A DNA stretch of 58,787 nt, taken from assembly GCF_000315625.1 (NCBI RefSeq), contig NW_005434597.1:193605-252391 (forward strand), in the 5' to 3' direction. The notes under the pieces are model-generated. The model was given only the letters and a program-made list of their open reading frames with translations, was not told where the DNA came from and did not search any database. Positions 1 to 10,453 of the stretch are shown here, in pieces (position 1 is the stretch's first letter; each line of letters begins with the position of its first letter). The stretch is from Guillardia theta CCMP2712 (taxonomy: Eukaryota; Protista; Cryptophyta). Both the position numbers and the translations under genes were made by a program.

Positions 1-2637
1 CGTATGCTCGAAGCGTCTGTGTGCCATGTCAGCAGCTGATCCTTCTATTCCATCTCCTGCCCCAACTTTGCCATGCCCTGCAGCGATGTAGTCTGCCAGG
101 GACGCGTATCCTNNNNNNNNNNNNNNNNNNNNNNNNNNNNNNNNNNNNNNNNNNNNNNNNNNNNNNNNNNNNNNNNNNNNNNNNNNNNNNNNNNNNNNNN
201 NNNNNNNNNNNNNNNNNNNNNNNNNNNNNNNNNNNNNNNNNNNNNNNNNNNNNNNNNNNNNNNNNNNNNNNNNNNNNNNNNNNNNNNNNNNNNNNNNNNN
301 NNNNNNNNNNNNNNNNNNNNNNNNNNNNNNNNNNNNNNNNNNNNNNNNNNNNNNNNNNNNNNNNNNNNNNNNNNNNNNNNNNNNNNNNNNNNNNNNNNNN
401 NNNNNNNNNNNNNNNNNNNNNNNNNNNNNNNNNNNNNNNNNNNGAAGGAGAAGGAGGAGAGGGAAGATGAGAAGAGAAAGAAGACGGGGAAGTAGGCGGG
501 GAAGAAGGAGGCGAACAATGAACGATCGGAAGGGAAGGGCCTGAGAGAATGATTGAGTGGAAAAAGAATGTTGAAACTTGGAGTTGATGATCAACAAGAA
601 GGAGAAATGGGATAGAGGAGGAAGAGGAGGAGATGGGAGCTCCGAGCAGCAGGAGCTTCAGCAGCAGCAGCACGCTAGGAGAAGATAGTGAACAGAAGAG
701 GGAAAAGGAGGAGGAGGAGGAGGAGGAGGAGGAGGAGGAGGAGGAGGAGGAGGTGATGGTGGTGGTGGTTGGTGGTGGTGGAGACAGAAGAAGCAGGTGC
801 TATAGAAGCTGATGCTATAAGGAGGCAGGTCGCGCACGGGGAGCCCTTACCTCTGAGTGCCGCACAAATACGATGCCCGCGATCGGGGCTCTCTCAGCCG
901 AAGTTTCAGACATTCCCTATCAATACGTTTAGCACATCTCTCCTCCTCTACCACCTCTTCTCCTCCCAACCTCCTCTTCCTACATCTCCAATCACTCCCC
1001 CTCTTCCTCTTCCTCTTCCTCTTTCTCTTTCTGTTCCTCCTACTGCTGCTGGTGCTGGTGGTGGTGGTGGTGGTGGTGGTGCTATTGCTGGTGCTGGTGC
1101 TGGTGCTGGTGCTACTGGTCCTCCTCTTCCTCCTCCTCCTCCTACTTCTCCCAGTCCTCCTCATTCTCTGTCTCCATCTCCCACTTGTCCTCATCACCCC
1201 ATAGCATAATCATCATCCCCTAATTGCTTCAACTGCTCTTTCTGCCTCTGCTGCTGCTGCGACTCCTCTCCACCTCCCGCTTCCTTCTGCTGCTCTCCCT
1301 CTCTCCTCCTCCTCCGCTCACCGTCAGCATCATCTGTGTTGACTTCAACATCTCCATGATATTCTCGGGAGTTCCCCCCTGATCCCCCGGTCAGACTGTG
1401 AGAGCAGCAAACAACAAAAGTCGACTCACATTGCTCAGCGCCTCTCTGTACGACCTCGCCGCGTCTTCCCACTCCTCCTCAATCGTTTCATCCACCGCAT
1501 TCTTCCAAGCCACCTTCGGCTCATCCAGCTCCTCGTTCTCTGTTCCCTCCCGCTCCTCCTCTTTTTCCTACAGTCCCCACCGTCTGTCAACTCAACTTCC
1601 ACATGCTTCCACCCTCACCGCAACTGCAGGCAATTCCAGCAAGGAGGGCTTCATCAGTGCCACGAGCAGCTGGAGCGCTTTCTCCACGTCCTCTTTGCTC
1701 ACCTGCTGAGCAGGTCAGATCTGACACACCACATCTGCTCACGACGACCTCCTTCCTGCTGACGACTTGTCTGTCCGCCCAGTCGGCCGCGTTGGGATCG
1801 TAATCTTGTTTCAGGAGGAGCGGCCATGCTCCTGGTTGTGACTTTACCTGCAAAGGATGATGAGTATACCGGCACTTCTTCTACCTTCCTGCTCTCCCCC
1901 CTCCTGTTTCTCTTCCTCTTCCTTTCCATCCTTTCCTCCTCATCCTCTTTCCTCCTTCAATACGGCTATTCGATCTCCCGGCCTCCCCACTCCGACTCTC
2001 CCTGCCTGTCTGCTCGCTGCTTGCATTTCTCCCTGGTTCCCTTGTTCATTCCTCTCAGCTCACCAGGCGGATGACGATACAGCGATCGTATCCTCCATAC
2101 TCGTCGATCTCCCAGTAGCTGTCGTCCAGTTTTACACTTGACCACATCTCTCCGTCCAGGATGCTGCCCGACAGAATCAGATCTCTTGCAGATGAGGAGC
2201 GAGGCTCAGCAAACCGATTCCCGTTGACAGAGAGGAAGATGATGTTCTTCGTGATCTGCACAAGGATGAGGGGAGAGGGAAAGGATCCCACGAGATACCT
2301 CGCATTCGATGTTCCTGCTTTTCACGTCCTCCTCGATGGGCAGAACTACAAGACATCGCTCTGACGAGTCTATGAACTGAACTTCGTTCGTGCTAATATC
2401 TTTCTCTTCCATTCCGCTCTCTACAGCTTTGAGAGCAAAGGATCCTCCCTTTCGGCACAAAGAAATCCTCTTGCCAGCCCCGGCCGGACCCCGTAGCTTC
2501 AGCGGCATTCTGTGCAGCCCATGATGCGAGTTTGTCGACAATCTGCTCCCTCGTCCTGATAAGGTCAAAGAAGCTTGGAAGCCGTCTACTCCGCTCACCA
2601 TCACCATCACCATCACCATCACCATCACTCCCTTCAT
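1..2637 (-). CDS. CS (p23/NudC-like) domain protein with predicted bipartite plastid presequence; multi-exon, 3' end probably outside window
   Basis: ATG 2637 gives MKGVMVMVMVMVMVSGVDG-F (signal + F) then an S/R-rich transit-like region. Spliced CS-like domain: VVLPIEEDVKSRNIECE|ITKNIIFLSVNG...ILDGEMWSSVKLDDSYWEIDEY...IVIRL|VKSQPGAWPLLLK. Further GT-AG exons near 1620-1705, 1430-1540, 1322-1378, 851-916 and probably 1-110, across an N gap. Confidence 0.65.
113..443. other. Assembly gap (N run)
   Basis: Run of N next to low-complexity sequence. Confidence 0.99.
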
Positions 2638-2699
2638 CGCAATCCTTTCTTGCATGAGTCGCATATTATCCCTCATCCCTCCTCTGACCCCCCGTGTAG

Positions 2700-3650
2700 A
2701 CTCCGGGCCCTGCTCCGGGCCCAGCACTGCGGCACGATCACCGCCTAGCTTGTTAAATTGCAAAATGGTCTGCCTGCTCCGGGCCTGACTCCGGGCCCTG
2801 CTCCGGTCGCCGGGCTGCTCATGAGTCAGGCTCGCCGCGGCCGCCGGGCCGCTGACTCGCGGCTCGCCCGCCGGAGAAATCAAACTGATTTTTAACTTAA
2901 CTTTACAGAGTAATGCGGATTTCCTGATCACTGTTTGAAAAGTTTCAATCCGGGTCGGGGGTTATGATGCGGCCGGGGTGCCAGTCCGGGCCGGGCCCGG
3001 TGAGGCCCCGGCGTGCTACGGCCCACCGATAGGGCGAGTCACAGGAGCTCTGCCGCGGACGGTGCGCGGCGGCCGCTGTCACAGCCGCGGGCGCGCCGGC
3101 CTTGACTTGAAACCGTCCGAGCCAACCGTACCATATGATACCGCCCGGCCTGTTCACCGTGAGTCACTAGAGTCATGACCGCCGCGGCAGTGCCGCATCC
3201 GATCAGTGACCCGATCAGATCGGACACAGCCTGTTTCATTTACTCAAATTTAAGTTAAAAATCAGTACGAGGACAATCATGGCAGGAGCCTGAGTCGAGG
3301 AGGCTTGACCCTAACAGGCTGTCGCACAGGCCAAACGGCGAGAAGAGAAAGACAGCGAGAACCAAACCCAATCCTGCCGACTGCTGTTTCAGTGTGCGTC
3401 GCCGGACTCAGCCGCCGCGAGGGCCGGCCCGTCCCAGTCCCGGATCGGCGGGCCGGATCTGCCGGTCGGATGATCGGACCGGACTCGGGACGTACCGGGG
3501 CCGGAGTCCGCCGATCGGATCGGATGATCTGTGAGTTTGAGTCGAGTCAGTGCCGGGCCCTATCACCATGATCCATCTCATCGGATCCGGAAGGCCGCGT
3601 GCGGTCGTGTGACTGATGACATCACGACTCTTCGCGCACGCTTAAAGGCT
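2700..3650. other. GC/CpG-rich non-coding block with many GAGTC/GACTC motifs
   Basis: Dense CCGG/GGCC/CCGCGG; TGAGTCA at 2822 and 3160; no credible ORF. Confidence 0.6.
2884..3276. repeat. Inverted repeat ACTGATTTTTAACTTAA (2884-2900) / TTAAGTTAAAAATCAGT (3250-3266); part of a ~38-bp dispersed motif
   Basis: Perfect 17-bp inverted match; the reverse complement of 3239-3276 also matches 6857-6893 at 35/38. Confidence 0.85.
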
Positions 3651-3659
3651 GCCACACTT

Positions 3660-4045
3660 AGAACCCCCACCCCTACCCCCCTTCGAAAAGTTTCATCCAC
3701 CCTCCCGTCTCCCCTTGACCACCCCACCCCTCAATGAGTGATTGCTGTCAAGAATCTGCTAGTCGCCCCCCCCCCCCTCCTCCCCCGTGTTCTTGTTTCC
3801 CACCTTATAATGTTCTGATCCCCCTCATACCCCTACCCCTCCCTCTCCACCATCCTGGGTCAATTACCCCTGATTCTACCAGAATTACCCCACCCTCATG
3901 GAAGGTGGTCGCAAGCCTTTATTACCCGGCGGATTTCATCGAACTTGGGGATAAAGGGTCGGGGTGGGTTTTCTTGCAGGGGATGGGAAAGCTGGGGGTA
4001 GTGGGGGGTGGTATAGGGGGTGGTATAAATGAAAGAGGGTGGGTA
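3660..4045. promoter_or_regulatory. ACCCC/GGGGT-rich 5' flanking block
   Basis: Clustered ACCCC then GGGGT motifs directly upstream of the dehydrogenase; same block type precedes most genes in the window. Confidence 0.45.
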
Positions 4046-4307
4046 AATGAGACTAGCTTTGCAGGTTTCGCAAACCATGCAGAGAGCGTGGAGCAATGGT
4101 CGCACAGCGTTCGGATCCCTCGGTCGATTCGGGAGCGCCAGGTACCTGATGTTTGATGAACATGCTACTACGAGTTCTTGTTTGATGCCCTGAAGGCTCG
4201 ATGAGCTTCTGATGACAGATAACGTTCCGTTTCTTTCGCTCATAGGTTGTGATTGCAGGGATCGTGTAAAGGCGAGTTTGCCCTCCTGGTACAACCTCCA
4301 GCGAGCT

Positions 4308-5685
4308 ATGCAGACCACGGAGCACAAGAATGGCTACAACAGGTTCTCAAATCCGATCAGAGGAGTGGACAAGGTCTCGTGGCATCCCAACAAGCATGGA
4401 CAAGATCTTACGTGGCACAGTTTGGAACCAAGTGATGCTCGCGCTTCCATGATTGCTCCTCTCCTCCCCCAAGGCCTCCAGCACTCTGCTCGTGTCCTCC
4501 AACGATGGATCCCTAACCTCGGCGTTAACTTGATGATCGGAGCAGCTGCTGAGATCTCGCGATACCGTCCTGGCAACGGCGGTTTCCGCATTTGGGTGTA
4601 CTCGGACCCTCAAGCTGCAGAGCGAGAAGCTGTCGGCCTCGCGCAAGGCATGGAGGTCAAACATGCTACATACAATACTGGATTTGCTGGAGCAAAGATT
4701 GTCTGCGATGCCTCAGGAGCGGACAAGTCAGTCTTGAAAGTGAACAAGGAAGAGCTGATGAAAGCGACAGCAGCGTTGCTGCATGAGCTCAACGGAACCA
4801 TGTACACGGGTTGCGATCTCAACACAACAACCAGTGATATGGACTTGTTGTCCAAAGACTGCCCGTACGTTCTTGCAGCCATCGCCAATGAGTCTGTGAA
4901 CCCTAACGATGCGACTGCGTTTGGAGTGCTTGGTGCGGTGGAGAGTGTCCTCGAAAGTTTCAATGTGCGTTGCTTTACAATCCGTTTTGTTCATATGCTC
5001 ACAACTTCTGCAGGGCAAGACAGTTCTCGTCCATGGCTGCGGGTCTGTTGGGGGGACTGTGGCTAGAGAGCTTGTTCGATCTGGAGCGCGCGTGTATACC
5101 ATTGATGCGGTAGCTGCTAAGGCTGATATCGAGGGCGCTACCAACATTTCTAAGGGAACTCCAGAGTACGTGGAAGAGTTCTGGAAGATGAAGGTCGACG
5201 CTCTTGTCCCCTGCTCGATCTCTGGCCTCATCTCGATGGAGATCGCGCAGGAGCTTGGTTGCAAGGCCATTGTCGGAGCGACAAATCTTCCCTTCAGGTC
5301 CGTTGAGGTTCAGGAGCAGGTGGAGGCGTCAGGGATCGTCTTCGTTCCCGAGGGGGTCTCTTCAGCTGGGGCTGTCATCGTCGACTCCATTGAGCACTTT
5401 GACCTCAAGGCTTTCAAGGAGGCGCAGCCCAACGACATTTACGAGTTCTGCCGGCATGTTGTGCTGAACAAGACGACCGAGCTTCTGCTCACAGCCCGTC
5501 TCCGTGAGATCGTCACTTCTCAAGCAACCAAGCTCATCAGTGAGGAGTATGGAGCCTCTGAGGAGAACGACTGCCCAAAGATGCCCATAGGAAGAACTTT
5601 CAGGTTCTGGTCTCAAGGACGTGGCTCTGTGATCAATCCTGGCGCAGCGGGAGCACAAAGAGCCTTGTTGAGGCGCGGAGCTTGA
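4308..5685 (+). CDS. Glu/Leu/Phe/Val dehydrogenase family protein (Leu/Val/Phe DH-like); intron 4965-5013; start uncertain
   Basis: GGFRIWVYSD...LAQGMEVKH...GFAGAKIV (catalytic Lys region), YTGCDLNTT, TAFGV. Removing the 49-nt GT-AG intron gives ESFN|GKTVLVHGCGSVG (Rossmann GxGxxG), then DALVPCS, IVGATN, SSAGAVI. Confidence 0.9.
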
Positions 5686-6128
5686 TACTACCGTAAGCTG
5701 ACTCGGAGGATAAGTGACGGCCCATGATTTTGTACATATATCAATTCGAACAGTGAGAACTCAAGAACTTCGTGATGTTTGACGACTCACTCCAATCATC
5801 TCTTGGGGCCGATTTCCGAGTTCTTGTCAAATCATGTGAGTCCGAAGCCAAGCCTTGAAGTTCGGAAGTTACTTGACCGTGAACACTCGGCGGAGTCGGG
5901 AGCCTGTTCACTGGCTGCGTCTGCGGTGCCGCCGGTGCCCCGGCGGGCCGGCGGCCTGCGCCGGGCCCGGGGCCCCTGGCAAGCCAGGCTCCGAGCGCCG
6001 GAACTCGGAAGCTAAGTTCCTGGTTCAACGGTTCCGAAGCCTTCGGCACTGCAAAGCTGCGGCCCGGCCTGCCGGTCCGGCCCGGCCGTGTGCCTGGCGA
6101 CAGACTCTGGGCCGAGACTAACGTCCGT

Positions 6129-6593
6129 TAGCGTATCGCGAAAATATTGCGAACGCAACGAAACGTTTTAGAAATATTGTAAAACGTTTATAACTATTAT
6201 ACAATTTCCAAACGGTGTGTAAATTTGAAATAAGTGGGTTTATATATCTACAATGTCATTTATTAAATGTAAGCAGGCCTTGATCATCGTGTGGTAAAGC
6301 TGTGTTGTAATAAAGAGAATCGCGAACGACGTTCGCGATTCTCCGTATCCATGAGATTAAAACTGCTTTTTAATGTATTTGAATTTGTACCAAAAAAATA
6401 TAGGTCAAAACAGGATGACGAAATGGTTTGAAACGTTGTTGAAGGAAAATGTTTCCAAAATGGAATTGTTCGTGTCAGGTTGATATATATCGAAGCAATG
6501 CTTGTTTGACAGGGAAAGGGATATTTTTGGCAAAAAAGTTAAATCTATGTATGTCAAAAAGCGTTCGTTCGCTCATGGATTCGCGATACGCTG
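6129..6593. mobile_element. AT-rich non-autonomous DNA transposon (MITE) with hAT-like TIRs
   Basis: TIRs TAGCGTATCGCGAA (6129-6142) and TTCGCGATACGCTG (6580-6593); AT-rich interior in GC-rich context; internal 14+1+14 palindrome 6315-6343; 8-bp flanks ACGTCCGT/TCAGCCGT only partly match. Confidence 0.7.
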
Positions 6594-6699
6594 TCAGCCG
6601 TTAAACTCGGCCCTGAGTCGAGTCGCAGCCTTCAAGGACCGTCACGGACACCGTCGGAACTTGAGCGGGTCATGGCTACTAGTGTTTTAAGACGATGTA

Positions 6700-8180
6700 C
6701 CATGACCTGCCAGGACCCCTACCCCCCACCCCCCGTCAGTGTGACACCATCCTCTTGTTCTTTCGTTGACTGGGCGGGTGAGGTGCGGGTGGGGGGGTCT
6801 GACGGGGTGGGTTTCAAGGGCAAAAGTAGTCAGGCGGTACCAGTAGTAGGGTAGTCTTGTCCTCGTACTCATTTTAACTTAACTTTGAGTAAAGACGAAA
6901 AAGAAGATACTAGCCTAGGATGTCAGGGTCACCCCTTATCAAGTACGGTCAAAGTGAGGGGGCCAGGCGGGGGTGGTAACGGAGCTCGTGACATTGAAAA
7001 AAAGGCTCTCTCCATCCATAGCTAAAGGGGGTGGGGTAGTGTTTTCTTTCTTCAAAATCAGCGTCATCCACCCAAGGTGGTGGGTGAGGGGTACCGTAGC
7101 TGTAGGGGGAGAGGGGTGGGGTGGGTGGTTGCACAGTTAACGAATTTGACCCGAATGTGTCCCTACGCGATTCCTATGCCTCAAAATTGTTCCTAATACC
7201 CTGTCCTAGGACAGACAACCCTTCCTAGAAAGTTTCATTTTCAATAGTTGACTACCCGTCCCTGGACGATCTTTCAACCCCCATCTAGACTTGTACCCAC
7301 CGACTACCCCCACCCCCCTGCTCATGACCCCTTCAATCTTCGCATTCGCGTCAGCGTCCCCTGCATTTGTGAGGAGCTGTCATATCCCCTGCTAAACTGT
7401 GACTACCCCCACCCCTCTAGCAAATTCTTGTACTTGATGTGACCTTCTGTGAAGGGTACCTCATATTTTCCCTTGCATCACCCCCTACATTGACCTGACC
7501 CTCGAATAACTTTCTACCCCACCCCCTATGATTCCAGGGTCCCTGTTTCTACGTCCTGTACAGCCCGCCCGAAGTTTCATTCCATGGACCCGGTCCTAGG
7601 AAGGTACGAAAGCCCTACGGTAGCGGCCTCGGGACCTCTGAGTTTGACACTTGAGCCTTCACTCATTTGGGTACAGTTCAACAAAGGGTGGTAGGGTCAT
7701 TGATGAACCCCTACAGACGACATATTTTTACATAGTGAGGCATGGGTAGGTGGTGAGCGATCTGAGGGTGGGAGGGGGAGAATCGCAATAATCGGCGTCA
7801 CATCCCCGTCAAAAGGTACTGCGAGTACCCCACCTTTCCTCTCAGATTGCACCTCTTCGTAGGGGTACTGGCTACAAGAAAGGTATGACAACCCCTACCT
7901 ATACCACCCCCCACCTTGTTTTGTCAATAACCCACCCACATGTGGTTGTCATCGATCGCAGCACTACCCCCTACCATGTACTTTCAACTACCACCCCACC
8001 TGTTTCCAGTCACCCCACCACCCCCCTTTCCTCACACCCCTCCGTTTATCGTCAAACTACAGCAAATTTCATGTCAAGTTAACATCTCAGCATTTGACTA
8101 CCCTAGCTCAGGACTACCCCCCATGTCAATACAAATGAACCCTACCCACAACATGCGGTGCATTTTCTACCCCACCCCTT
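6700..8180. promoter_or_regulatory. Long ACCCC/GGGGT-rich 5' block upstream of TALE gene
   Basis: Dozens of ACCCC/TACCC/GGGGT motifs in both orientations; no coherent ORF. Confidence 0.45.
6857..6893 (+). repeat. Copy of dispersed ~38-bp motif TTGTCCTCGTACTCATTTTAACTTAACTTTGAGTAAA
   Basis: 35/38 identity to reverse complement of 3239-3276. Confidence 0.85.
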
Positions 8181-8459
8181 GTACCTTCCCGCCTGAGTTT
8201 GATGTTTCTCGGTTGTTCCATCCTTCCCGCCGCACCCTCCTTGTCCGCTTCTCTTCCTCCCCTCCCCTCCCCTTCTGCCTCCCCTCCCGTCCCTCTCCCT
8301 CTTCCTCCTGCCCTCCTCCATCTTCTCCCTTCGTCTGAACTTGCTCTCACTGCCGCCCTTCACGACTGTCCCTCACGAGCTCACAAAGATCCCTCGCACT
8401 AGGTATCAGCACGACATTTGACTGTGACAACGCCATCTTGTGAACAAACACCTTGAAAG

Positions 8460-10212
8460 ACGTTGGCGATGATGAAACCTCAGCGCAAAGAAAGAAAAAC
8501 TTCCCCAAGCACACCGTAGATGAGCTTCGGAACTGGTTTCAGGAACATATCATGCATCCTTATCCCTCGGACGTTGTTGTTGAAATGCTATCACAAAAGA
8601 CTGGCCTCTCGAGCTCGCAGGTGGTTTGACATTTGCTTTGAAGTTATATGATTGACTCTGTCATTCAGGTCAGTTACTGGTTTGTGAATGCGAGGAGGAG
8701 GATTTGGCAACCTATGCTTCAACAGAAACGCAATTCCTCCCTCACTGGTTACGCCAAAGTCACAGCAAACGAAGATGGTGATGGTGACACCGACTCCGAC
8801 AATCAGCTGATCGAGATAGATGAAGAGAAGAACAAGATCAAGTCGTCCGATGCTGAGAGCCACAGCCCCAAGGCGCCAGCAGATCCCTCCATCCGCATGA
8901 TTCAGCAAAAGCAGGCGGAGCTCCACAGGTTTCAGTTCTCCCGGTTCGACTCGTGGTTCGACAGCAACTTTGAAATCACCGGCATCGTCAGTGACAGCGT
9001 CGGGGATGTGCTTCTTCAGTACAGCAGGATGGACAGATCGGTCAGCCTTGACAACTTGAAGGAGTGGCTAACCCACAAGGGAGTCACGCTGCGCAAGCGC
9101 AGCGGGGACGGCGCGCTGGTTTGTTGTGGGATCAAGAGGAGACTTGAGCGACCTCAGTTCATGGAAGAGACGAAGCCGCTGGGAATCAAACGCAGGAAGG
9201 TTGTGCAAGTGAGCCCTTCGTCGGATGGAAAGCTTCCTGGAATCAAGGATTTGCTGAATACTGCTTCATCGTCGAGGAAAGATAAGGACCCTGCGGATCA
9301 ACGTACATTCTTACAGCACGAGCTGCTGGAGTTAAGCAAAGCAGGGCAGCAAGCTCTTGTAGCTGATGCGTATCCATTCAAAGATCTCATGGAGGGCAAG
9401 GCCGTCCGGGTTCACGCAACACCTTGTGTCCAAGACAACAGCCCTACATTGCCGAATTCCAACAAGGCTGCTGCACTTGCTGCCATCATGCAGCAGATCG
9501 CTATGCCGCATCATACCCAACACTTTCAGCAGCCTGTGAGCACCATCGTACATGAGCAGCATCCAGCGTCCTTTGCAATGAATGCGATGAATCCGTACAT
9601 GGTTCCCTGGGTCGGAGGCAACATGCTTGCTGGAATTCATTCGAGCGCCGCTGCAAATGAGTACCTGAGCAACGCTCTCCAAAACTCGGTCACAAATCTT
9701 GTCGGCTACCTCAACTCACAGACGACAGCGTCCAGCATAGACGAAAGGACTTATTGTTGGATCTGCTCACAAAGGCTAGGAAGATGTCAAGTCAAAAGGC
9801 CACACAACAGCAGACGCAGGAGATGGAAGAGGCTGCTCAAATCTTGAAGAGGACCAGCTCGAGCAGCGCAAAAGCGCCGAGCCAAGTAGCATCTACGGGC
9901 AGCAACGGGGCGGCGGAGCCAGTGTCGACAGGAGAGATAGTTCGCATCACACACAACGGAAGCACAAGGAAGTGGACAGGAGTGAAGTCGTTGGAGGACC
10001 TCAACGTGCGATGCCAGAACACCTTCGGGAGGAGCTCTTACGTGCTGAGGTACAAGGACGATGACAACACTATGATCGACGTGACAACAGAAGAAGAGTT
10101 CCGAGACTTTGTCGCTTGTCAGGGGGGTGGGGTCCTCTCGTTGGAGCTCGCAGACAGGCCGGAGGAGGCTGCTTCCTCGTGCGGGAAGGAGACCCCGAAG
10201 GACGAAGAGTAG
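8460..10212 (+). CDS. TALE-class homeodomain transcription factor with C-terminal PB1 domain; 5' end uncertain
   Basis: RKKNFPKHTVDELRNWFQEHIMHPYPSDVVVEMLSQKTGLSSSQ|VSYWFVNARRRIW (PYP loop; intron 8621-8668 at homeodomain 44/45). Probable intron 9689-9735 joins to IVRITHNGSTRKW...YVLRYKDDDNTMIDVTTEEEFRDF (PB1 OPCA motif). Confidence 0.85.
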
Positions 10213-10453
10213 GCTGGAAGTGTTGTGCCGTAACGGGCGTGCATCATGTTGGGAAAATAATGACAAGAATCAAAGATCTTGAAAACTTTGAGATGAATAA
10301 GATAAAGAATAAACAGTATACACGTGGAAAAGAGGTGATCACCAAGAGAGGGAGAAGTGTGATGATGGTAAAGGGAAGCGGAAGGTAGAGGATGAAGTCA
10401 ACAGAATGAGCAAGAGGAAAGATACAGCAAGCAAGGTGACGCTGGTTGGACTC

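Noticed and set aside
444-1330. Long ORFs of poly-L/S/R/G/P here and at 12468-12668, 41358-41762, 48576-49053, 51131-52465, 54004-54821
   Set aside because: Translations of intronic or intergenic microsatellites and N runs
2945-3737. Arg/Gly/Pro/Ala-rich ORFs in GC-rich blocks (also 5741-6121, 26250-26669, 35623-36116, 45294-45815)
   Set aside because: Stop-poor GC-rich non-coding DNA; no protein motifs or splice structure
6700-8180. CRISPR-like or tandem array in the ACCCC blocks
   Set aside because: No constant repeat unit or regular spacing; only short scattered motifs
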